A DNA stretch of 32,000 nt from an uncultured Erysipelotrichaceae bacterium (GTDB lineage: Bacteria; Bacillota_I; Bacilli_A; Erysipelotrichales; Erysipelotrichaceae). Shown in pieces: positions 1 to 6,269 of the stretch. Below the pieces are notes generated by a model that had not been told where the DNA came from, did no database searches, and saw nothing but the letters and a program-made list of their open reading frames with translations. Every line of letters starts with the position of its first letter. The first letter of the stretch is position 1. The position numbers and the translations under genes were made by a program. Location: assembly GCA_942493105.1 (NCBI GenBank), contig OW818668.1, forward strand, positions 1,080,001 through 1,112,000, given 5' to 3'.

Positions 1-562
1 CAATCAATGTTTTAATCGTTTTTTTCGTCTCTACTAAATTTAGTTTGTCTTGTTTTACTGATTCTGTAGAAATAGGCATAAAAAGTCGGTTTATCAAAAT
101 CTCCTTTGTATCTTCAATTGCATATGTAATTAATATAGAAATCTCTCCAGCCTTAATTTCTTCATCCTGATAGCTTTCCATTTCAGGTCGATCCAAATAA
201 ATTGGCTTTACGGAAAATATGCTACTTCCATTTAATGGTACAGTCATCGAATTATCTAAACAAAGTTTTCTATCGTAATCTGTAACCACCTTTAACTTCA
301 TAATCTCCCTTTCGTAATTATCAAAAAAATAGTTTGCAACTTGGGGTGAGATTATAAGCTTTTTAGAAAGTCCATAAAAATAAACCCCACTCCTGAATGA
401 CTGTATATCAATTTCTCCATAATTATTAAGTATTTTTTCAATATATCCAAAATAAAGATCAATTATATAATCACAGAAACTACCTTTTTCCATATACTTT
501 TCCAAAGATAATCTATCAAGCACATCGTAAAATATATACATGTATTCAAATTGTTTATTCAT
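1..562 (-). CDS. hypothetical protein, N-terminal 187 codons (gene continues beyond left edge)
   Basis: Not in the supplied track because it runs off the edge. Checked by hand: the minus-strand frame with codon low ends at 2,5,...,560 has no TTA/CTA/TCA from 2 to 562. ATG is the complement of 560-562, preceded by GGAAAGGGA (SD-like). Translation starts MNKQFEYMYIFYDVLDRL. No domain recognised. Confidence 0.5.
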   Translation of the reverse strand, partial: MNKQFEYMYIFYDVLDRLSLEKYMEKGSFCDYIIDLYFGYIEKILNNYGEIDIQSFRSGVYFYGLSKKLIISPQVANYFFDNYEREIMKLKVVTDYDRKLCLDNSMTVPLNGSSIFSVKPIYLDRPEMESYQDEEIKAGEISILITYAIEDTKEILINRLFMPISTESVKQDKLNLVETKKTIKTLI

Positions 563-739
563 TTTATCCCTTTCCTCATAATAAAAGCCATTACAAAAAT
601 TGTAACAGAGAATCTTTAGATTTACATATCTATTACATATTGAAGTGAATATTTTGAGGAAGTGTGAAAGTGGATTAGGTCGACATTTATAGAGTAACAA
701 TGTTGAAGTGGTCTGAGAAAAACTACTCAGACTTTGGCT

Positions 740-847
740 TTGGCAAACTCACCGTTGGACAAGATTGGTAGTGCCTAAGCGTTAATACTAGAATGTAGGG
801 AATGCTCCATGTGGAGCTGATACGAAGACCGTGGAGAGTTCTGGAAT
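740..847 (+). ncRNA. R1 element copy 1: unclassified structured-looking intergenic element
   Basis: About 108 nt, roughly 84% identical (hand alignment) to 6093-6201, while flanks are unrelated. Helices: GCTCC 804-808 / GGAGC 813-817 (loop differs between copies); GGACAA 757-762 / TAGT(G)CC 769-775, where A762-T769 is C-G in the other copy; ACTCACC 747-753 / GGAGAGT 833-839. TAG 769-771 stops the frame that is open in copy 2, so it is non-coding. Preceded by hairpin GTCTGAG 711-717 / CTCAGAC 726-732. Confidence 0.55.
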
Positions 848-858
848 TAGATGAATTG

Positions 859-891
859 ATGGTAGACTAGCGGACTAAGAAAAGGGATATT
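859..891 (+). promoter_or_regulatory. S box copy A: conserved promoter-like box (TAGACT 863-868, 17-nt spacer, GATATT 886-891)
   Basis: One of four copies of GGTAGACTA-N8-AAGAAAAGGGATA(A/T)T. The -35-like and -10-like hexamers are exactly 17 nt apart in all copies. Lies 78 nt upstream of ATG 969. This copy lacks the upstream ACACGCATAGTAGG flank. Confidence 0.5.
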
Positions 892-968
892 GGAAATAAT
901 GTTGGGTAGGTCATAAACCTCTCCATGAAAGTCAAAGAAGACCAATTTTCCCAAAATGAGGTATCAAT

Positions 969-1232
969 ATGATATTTAAAAAAACTTGGAAACATAAAAT
1001 CACAGGGCGTGATGGAAACTGCATTCTTTTTGGAGTTAACATCATTAGTTACGAGTGGAATGTTACCGGAGAAAAGATAACAGTTTTTGACCCTAAATAT
1101 CACGAGGAACATATACTTAACGTTTATACTGTTAATATTGATGGAACAATAAAAAGGTTTGCTGCTGGCGAATTTAGCAACGGTGTATGGGGATTCTACT
1201 TAGAAAAATGGTTTATTAAAGTAAGACAATAA
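969..1232 (+). CDS. hypothetical protein (87 aa)
   Basis: ORF track. GAGG 958-961 lies 7 nt before the ATG, within the CAAAATGAGGTA block also found before ORF 4769. No domain recognised. Confidence 0.7.
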   Translation: MIFKKTWKHKITGRDGNCILFGVNIISYEWNVTGEKITVFDPKYHEEHILNVYTVNIDGTIKRFAAGEFSNGVWGFYLEKWFIKVRQ

Positions 1233-1321
1233 GAGGATTGTTGGTTTTTAGATTACAGTGGATTTATAAGAGAGCCCTGTGAGGATTATCATATAAGTAC
1301 AACAGAGTAAAAAGGTTTGGT

Positions 1322-1421
1322 CGTTCCCGTTATCCCGAGGGACACGAACTCACTCAGCCCTTAAGCTAATACTCGTCAACACAGAACGCTTCCCTAAGTG
1401 TCCCGGATTGACAGAGGGAAT
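1322..1421 (+). ncRNA. R3 element copy 1: unclassified structured-looking intercistronic element
   Basis: About 100 nt, ~90% identical to 7799-7897 with unrelated flanks. Complementary arms: GGGACAC 1339-1345 / GTGTCCC 1398-1404; TTCCC 1324-1328 / GGGAA 1416-1420; AAGC 1363-1366 / GCTT 1388-1391 (AAGT/GTTT in copy 2, i.e. G-C changed to G-U on the + strand). Confidence 0.6.
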
Positions 1422-1460
1422 AAGAAAATATTCGAAGGAATTATTATTGGAGGTAACTTG

Positions 1461-2354
1461 GTGAACGAATATAAAGAAGATTGGATCAATGAGACAATCG
1501 ACATATCAATGATAATTAACTTCAAAGAACTAAAAGGGGTACTAGACTGTACTTATGTTGTTCTTGAAATACTCGGTGAGAATCTTGGAACGATTATAAA
1601 AGCGATTTTTTCAAAAGATAAGGTGCGTTATTTATCTTCAGCGCTTATTACTTCACTTGAGAATACAACAAAAAGCATTTATATTTGCTGTAAAATTGGA
1701 AATATCATTGATGCGAATGTTCTTGCGAGAAAGTTCAGAGATGATTTATTTCAACTCTTATTCATTCTTGATTCAATAGAGAAAATTGATCAGTCAAAAA
1801 TTGATTTAACTACCAAAGAAACAAATAATATCAAGTTATTTGCTGATCTTGAAGATTTGGTAGATTTATGGTTTGACAACGAAATACACCTACACAAACA
1901 GAAACATAAATTAAAATACTCTCAATATAAGAGCAGGATTATGGAAAACAACGTGATTCTAAATGGTCTTTATGAAGAGCATTTGAAACTTGCATTTGAG
2001 AATCACGAGAAGCTCGATAATTATGTTCATAGCAACGGTCAAGGTTACACATTAGGGAATCAATTCAGTTTCTCGAGTCGAAAAGAATATGCTCATGAAA
2101 TCTCTTTACTTCAATCAAAGCTGGAAGACATAATGGTTTGCTTTATATCCTCAGCATTTCTCATAAGTCCAGATTTATTCATCAGCGGAGATTATTTCGA
2201 TGCAATAGAAAGACGACAAGTTCCTACAGAAGGTATGAAAAGACAAATCGCTCCAGGAATTCAAGATTTCTTTGACCTTATCGGCAATAGAAAATATAGA
2301 GGATTAGGAAAGTATCTTGCTGACGAAAATAAGTACCATATGAGTATTGAATGA
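1461..2354 (+). CDS. hypothetical protein (~298 aa, predicted alpha-helical)
   Basis: The track ORF starts at GTG 1398, which lies inside the R3 GTGTCCC arm. The in-frame GTG 1461 has GGAGG 1449-1453 seven nt upstream and is the more plausible start. No domain recognised with confidence. Confidence 0.7.
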   Translation: MNEYKEDWINETIDISMIINFKELKGVLDCTYVVLEILGENLGTIIKAIFSKDKVRYLSSALITSLENTTKSIYICCKIGNIIDANVLARKFRDDLFQLLFILDSIEKIDQSKIDLTTKETNNIKLFADLEDLVDLWFDNEIHLHKQKHKLKYSQYKSRIMENNVILNGLYEEHLKLAFENHEKLDNYVHSNGQGYTLGNQFSFSSRKEYAHEISLLQSKLEDIMVCFISSAFLISPDLFISGDYFDAIERRQVPTEGMKRQIAPGIQDFFDLIGNRKYRGLGKYLADENKYHMSIE

Positions 2355-2383
2355 TAGAGATTATTCAATCATTGTGAGTTCTT

Positions 2384-2403
2384 AGGTGTAACATAAGTGT
2401 AAC
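2384..2403 (+). repeat. 20-nt direct repeat, left copy (AGGTGTAACATAAGTGTAAC)
   Basis: Matches 2588-2607 at 19 of 20 positions. Contains GTGTAAC twice, 11 nt apart. Resembles the junction box ..AGAGTAACAAC of other intergenic regions. Confidence 0.7.
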
Positions 2404-2545
2404 GTTTTCCGAGAAAACATCTGTTTTTTATTAATCTTTATTTAAACGATTTATCAAAAAACCCTTATTTTATATACGTTTTTTCATTTTTGATAACGAA
2501 AAATACTCAAAGTTTAGAATCCTGTTGTCGGCACCATGACACATC

Positions 2546-2571
2546 AAACCCTGATAGAATCAGGGTTTTTT
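2546..2571 (+). terminator. rho-independent terminator-like hairpin inside ORF-less segment
   Basis: AAACCCTGAT 2546-2555, loop AGA, ATCAGGGTTT 2559-2568, with the T run extending to 2571. No annotated ORF ends here. Confidence 0.6.
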
Positions 2572-2587
2572 GAACCTCAATTCACTC

Positions 2588-2607
2588 AGGTGTAACAAAA
2601 GTGTAAC
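2588..2607 (+). repeat. 20-nt direct repeat, right copy (AGGTGTAACAAAAGTGTAAC)
   Basis: See 2384-2403. This copy sits at the position where other junctions carry the AGAGTAACAAC box, ~35 nt before the S box flank. Confidence 0.7.
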
Positions 2608-2640
2608 AGTTTAATAAAAAACGATAGAAAAATGTACGAA

Positions 2641-2685
2641 AAACACGCATCGTAGGTAGACTAACGGTTGAAGAAAAGGGATAAT
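2641..2685 (+). promoter_or_regulatory. S box copy B (TAGACT 2657-2662, 17-nt spacer, GATAAT 2680-2685)
   Basis: AAACACGCATCGTAGGTAGACTAACGGTTGAAGAAAAGGGATAAT. Both the flank and the hexamers are conserved with copies C and D. Confidence 0.55.
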
Positions 2686-3984
2686 GAAAACGTGAGTAAA
2701 AGTCAGTTCAATCATGATGTCAAACGTGGCAATGGTCAAGCATACTTGATTCTTTTGAATGCGAAAGACAGAGAGAACTATAAAAATGAGCTTTTAGAAG
2801 CTTGCTTGAGGTGTGACACCTTGAATGCCCAAGATGAACCTGGACGGGCAGATTATCTCTATCGGATGATCAGACTTTATCCTGATCCTAGCTACTTTGA
2901 AGCAAAAATCATTGAGAAACTCAATGATCCCACGATGGAGTTTGGCTTGTTTGACCAATTGTCGGATTTGTTGACCTTTATGGCGAAAGAAGGAAGTCAT
3001 AAGGCACTTGATCATATGTGGGCACTCTACGACATTCTAATTGATAGGATGAAAAACGAGAAGAGTTCGCCGGAAATCGAATCAAATTTGGATCATTTGG
3101 CTGTTGATCTTGATCAGATTCTAGGCTTCACCGCTTTTGAAAAGATCGCTCAGGATTATGTCGACATCAATTTGATGTTGGATCTTCACGATTTTGACAT
3201 GAGTTATTTTTTCTTCATGACTTCAGAAAAATACGGGAAGTCCATAACCCAAGCCTATACTGATCAATTTAAACCCATCAATGAAACTGACAACATTCAT
3301 GATCAACAACGCCCACGACCTGAAAAGGGTAAGATGACCCTTCAGGATATCATCGATCAAAACGATAAACTGAATCATTATCAAATCAGAAAGTATCTGG
3401 AAACGGTCACATCCAAAGAACTCGATGATTTATTTGAGCTGATTAAGAAAGAACCCGATTTCAATCGTCGTTTCCGACTCCTTTCCTTTTTTAGTTTCAC
3501 TGATCATCCCATAGACATCGAATTGGTAATCGGTTGGCTAAAGGACCAAAAAACCCCATTTCCAGATAGGGTATATTGGGTATTATTGAGAAGACCTTGT
3601 TTGGCGGTGTATGACTATGCCAAGAGTAAACTGAGTGATCGAAAGCATGCCAATACTGCCTTGATTTTGATGTGTGCCAGTTTCAATCATCAGGAAAAAG
3701 ATGAACTTATCTATCGTATAAAACATATTAAGAACAAGTTTTTCTTACATGACCTGTTCTCTTGGGCATTATTGAAGTTGTATGAAAGGGATACTAAGGC
3801 ACCGGAGGAATTAATGTGGTATTACTTGCATGAGTCAGTCTGCTCTCACTGTCGATTTTCTTTGGTCAAAATCATGGGCAAAAGGAAACTACTCTCTCGA
3901 GATAATCTGGTGGAATTGACTTTCGATTGTAATCAAAACACGATCGATTATGCAAAATCGCTCCTAGAGGCATATACGGAATAG
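2668..3984 (+). CDS. hypothetical protein (up to 438 aa; start uncertain)
   Basis: Long ORF in track. The TTG 2668 start lies inside the S box spacer. The next in-frame start is GTG 2692, right after the -10-like hexamer. No domain recognised. Confidence 0.7.
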   Translation: MKKRDNENVSKSQFNHDVKRGNGQAYLILLNAKDRENYKNELLEACLRCDTLNAQDEPGRADYLYRMIRLYPDPSYFEAKIIEKLNDPTMEFGLFDQLSDLLTFMAKEGSHKALDHMWALYDILIDRMKNEKSSPEIESNLDHLAVDLDQILGFTAFEKIAQDYVDINLMLDLHDFDMSYFFFMTSEKYGKSITQAYTDQFKPINETDNIHDQQRPRPEKGKMTLQDIIDQNDKLNHYQIRKYLETVTSKELDDLFELIKKEPDFNRRFRLLSFFSFTDHPIDIELVIGWLKDQKTPFPDRVYWVLLRRPCLAVYDYAKSKLSDRKHANTALILMCASFNHQEKDELIYRIKHIKNKFFLHDLFSWALLKLYERDTKAPEELMWYYLHESVCSHCRFSLVKIMGKRKLLSRDNLVELTFDCNQNTIDYAKSLLEAYTE

Positions 3985-4085
3985 TTTAAGCGAATACGAA
4001 TTCAGCGGTGCCTTCTAAGAACTGGTAAAATAAGGTTGCAGTCGAGTTTGAAGCCATTCGTCTTTCAGGAAGAAATCCAGGGAGT

Positions 4086-4607
4086 ATGATAAATCACATG
4101 AAATACAAAGCCATTAATGAAATAAGCCACTTCTCATACCATGATGCTGAAATCACGTCGTTTTCCATTAAGGAACATACAATGCATTGGATCGTAGATG
4201 ATATCAATGCAACTATAGAGAACTCTCAAAACAACTTACCTGAAGACATGCGTATTCTAGGATGCATCATTGAGTTTGAAGATGTTCAAGTTGACGAAAT
4301 CATATTCTGTGCCAACTCGCAGTTTGACGAAAACTGGAATTTAATAAAATCTGAACCAGCAAGAAACGTAAATCCTTCTGAATTTGCGACTATTCTTGAA
4401 GAAACCATGAATTCCTGGTGTCGTATCCAAGATTTATCAGCATTGCCCGAAACGAATAATGGAAGATATAGAATCAGTATCTGTCTTGATGGTCATGTTG
4501 GAATTTACAATCTTAACATATCATATAGGACATTCATTGCGCAGTGGGATGAATATTACGGAAAAGCTTGGTATGAAGAAGAACGATGGAAAAACAGTAA
4601 GAAGTGA
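4086..4607 (+). CDS. hypothetical protein (173 aa)
   Basis: ORF track. AGGGAG lies just upstream. ATG 4086 or ATG 4098 are both possible starts. There is no S box between it and the preceding gene, so it is probably co-transcribed. Confidence 0.7.
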   Translation: MINHMKYKAINEISHFSYHDAEITSFSIKEHTMHWIVDDINATIENSQNNLPEDMRILGCIIEFEDVQVDEIIFCANSQFDENWNLIKSEPARNVNPSEFATILEETMNSWCRIQDLSALPETNNGRYRISICLDGHVGIYNLNISYRTFIAQWDEYYGKAWYEEERWKNSKK

Positions 4608-4624
4608 ATGTTGAGCAAATTTGG

Positions 4625-4665
4625 GTGTGTTGAGAATATGCAGTTCGGCTATTTAGAGTAACAAC
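4625..4665 (+). repeat. cassette-junction boxes J1 (GTGTGTTGAGAATATG) and J2 (ATTTAGAGTAACAAC)
   Basis: J2 aligns with 685-700 (ATTTATAGAGTAACAA), 6061-6076 and 11141-11153. The J1 core TGTTGAGAA recurs at 6011-6026 (GTGTTGAAAATA) and 7755-7770 (TTGTTGAGAAAC), always shortly after a stop codon. Confidence 0.4.
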
Positions 4666-4674
4666 ATAATAATT

Positions 4675-4717
4675 AAACACATAGTAGGTAGACTATCAGA
4701 TGAAGAAAAGGGATAAT
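4675..4717 (+). promoter_or_regulatory. S box copy C (TAGACT 4689-4694, 17-nt spacer, GATAAT 4712-4717)
   Basis: AAACACATAGTAGGTAGACTATCAGATGAAGAAAAGGGATAAT, 52 nt upstream of TTG 4769. Confidence 0.55.
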
Positions 4718-4768
4718 GAGAATAGACATTATAACTCGAATGGGTCTTCAAAATGAGGTAACAATAAT

Positions 4769-5992
4769 TTGGATAAACAAAAATATGAAAGATGTACTCC
4801 CCACAGAGACGAAGTATTTAAGAATGAATACCGTTCTTTTTTTGCTTTGAACAAAGTGGAAATGCAATGGAACCAGGTTTATCTAAATCAATCGACTTCT
4901 GTTTATTTTGATGGGGATATCATTGTCAAAGTGATTGAAAACAAACTTGTGGTTTGTGAAGATGGAACTCTGTTTGGCTCTTATATAGAATTTGATACAT
5001 TTGATAATACCGAATCCAGAAGCTTTATTTTACCAAAAACCAATCGGGGGAAAAAGAAGAAGATTACTCCTTCCTCAGTCATGAGTATACTGCCCCAAGG
5101 ATGCAGCTTCTATTTCTTTATATCTGACGAAGATTCTAGTAATAGGATAGTTTTATTAAACAATCGAAACAATCAGGAGATCAGAATCACTGGATTTGAT
5201 AGTGTAAGGACCGCAAACCAATTACATTCCTTTTTTGAGGATTATGTTAAGACATGCCCCAATGATTACTTTGAGAAAATTGATCGATTGAGAAATGCAA
5301 AGCATGTTACCATTAAATACCGCACTGGTGATATCTTTAGGTTCGATTTGGACCGAAGCCATTATGGTTATGGATTGATCATTGCCAGTATCTCAAAACT
5401 AGAGAAAGATAAATTGATTTATCCTCCTCATGGTTTGTGTACACTGATGGGTCAAGGTTTGATCATTCGGTTATATAAGATCAGCACTGAAGATCCAAAC
5501 TTGAAGTCTGAAAATCTTAGAAGCATTGACTTATTGCCTGCTGATGCTATGATGGATAATACCATTATATGGAATAGACACCCTATCGTTGATCATAAAA
5601 AACTAGAGGAAAATGACGTAGATTTTCCGTTTCAACTTAGTAAAACTACGAGCGGAAACATCGTGTTGGATCGTTTTATAAGCTGGGGAATCGGTATTAA
5701 GAAATCGGACCAACATAGTTTCCCTACAAATACTAAATTCAGCTGGAAATCTAATTTAGCTATATCGCAAATTATTCCTTATTATCTACTGGAGAAAGCG
5801 TTACAAGGTTGTTCGGGCACCAGTGTTTATTCAGATTTGCGTCACCCAGATAACATCGAACAATACCATGCTGTTTTAGAATATTTCGGCCTAGATCCCG
5901 AGATAAGTTTTGATGAATTTAATCGGTCTTGCGGAGGAATGACAAGAAAGCAGTATGCAGATTACATAAATTTCCCAAAAGATCAGAACTAA
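4769..5992 (+). CDS. hypothetical protein (407 aa); C-terminal half faintly reminiscent of Imm26-type immunity proteins
   Basis: ORF track. GAGG 4755-4758 is in the shared CAAAATGAGGTA block (4749-4760). The segment YRTGDIFRFDLDRSHYGYGLIIASI resembles the GDxFxxPL..G.YGxG pattern I associate with Imm26-like proteins. This is from memory only and is not verified. Confidence 0.65.
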   Translation: MDKQKYERCTPHRDEVFKNEYRSFFALNKVEMQWNQVYLNQSTSVYFDGDIIVKVIENKLVVCEDGTLFGSYIEFDTFDNTESRSFILPKTNRGKKKKITPSSVMSILPQGCSFYFFISDEDSSNRIVLLNNRNNQEIRITGFDSVRTANQLHSFFEDYVKTCPNDYFEKIDRLRNAKHVTIKYRTGDIFRFDLDRSHYGYGLIIASISKLEKDKLIYPPHGLCTLMGQGLIIRLYKISTEDPNLKSENLRSIDLLPADAMMDNTIIWNRHPIVDHKKLEENDVDFPFQLSKTTSGNIVLDRFISWGIGIKKSDQHSFPTNTKFSWKSNLAISQIIPYYLLEKALQGCSGTSVYSDLRHPDNIEQYHAVLEYFGLDPEISFDEFNRSCGGMTRKQYADYINFPKDQN

Positions 5993-6092
5993 GTATCGGT
6001 TGAATTGGAACGTGTTGAAAATAGCGAAATCCTTTGTAAAAATAACATTGTGATACAGAAATTTATAGTATCAAATAAATCATATCACGCTC

Positions 6093-6201
6093 TTGGCAAA
6101 CTCATTGTGGGACACGATTGGGTGTGCCTAAGCGTTCATACTAGACTGTGGGGAATGCTCCACCTGGAGCGAATACGAAGACCGTGGTGCGTTCTGAGAA
6201 T
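6093..6201 (+). ncRNA. R1 element copy 2
   Basis: Aligns with 740-847. Helices: GCTCC 6157-6161 / GGAGC 6166-6170; GGACAC 6110-6115 / GTGT(G)CC 6122-6128; ACTCATT 6100-6106 / GGTGCGT 6186-6192. The track ORF 6005-6259 spans it but is stopped in the other copy. Confidence 0.55.
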
Positions 6202-6269
6202 GGACTGTAGTATTTATATAAAAGCGCCTATAAAAATCAGTGGATACACTCACAAATGAATTGAGGAAA

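Noticed and set aside
795-835. Known self-cleaving ribozyme classes in R1/R3 (hammerhead-like CTGATACGAAG at 817-827; CCTAAGCG reminiscent of the pistol ribozyme core)
   Set aside because: The CTGA is not conserved in R1 copy 2 (CGAATACGAAG), and there is no stem II between the would-be core strands. The pistol-like string lacks the complementary hairpin-loop partner needed for the pseudoknot. The resemblance is from memory and superficial. A covariance-model scan is still worthwhile.
867-1112. 81-aa minus-strand ORF, and other short antisense or overlapping ORFs in the track (2794-3015, 6305-6493, 6874-7164, 7427-7639, 8335-8547, 10158-10367, 12497-12736, 13499-13874, 16173-16394, 17335-17535, 20676-20975, 22173-22427, 26523-26892, 27508-27711, 29483-29668)
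   Set aside because: All lie inside or antisense to longer ORFs that have recognisable products or better start contexts. Their composition is low-complexity and typical of AT-rich shadow frames.
1408-1436. TTGACA inside the 3' end of R3 (1408-1413; also 8939-8944) as a -35 box for the downstream gene
   Set aside because: No acceptable -10 hexamer lies 16-18 nt downstream in any copy, and copy 2 has CTGACA.
1398-1460. N-terminal extension of ORF 1398-2354 starting at GTG 1398
   Set aside because: GTG 1398 is the first base of the conserved GTGTCCC arm of R3. The same sequence in R3 copy 2 is not followed by an in-frame ORF. GGAGG plus GTG 1461 is a much better start.
2684-2695. Short ORFs starting at the ATG formed by the end of the S box (GGGATAATG): 3 codons at 2684, 44 codons at 4716, 5 codons at 898
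   Set aside because: Lengths and sequences are not conserved between copies, so a leader-peptide interpretation is unsupported. The promoter-like reading explains the invariant 17-nt spacing better.
6005-6259. 84-aa ORF in the supplied track spanning R1 copy 2
   Set aside because: The homologous frame in R1 copy 1 is interrupted by TAG at 769-771. Substitutions between the copies follow helix pairing rather than codon structure, and there is no SD. I treat it as a spurious ORF over a non-coding element.
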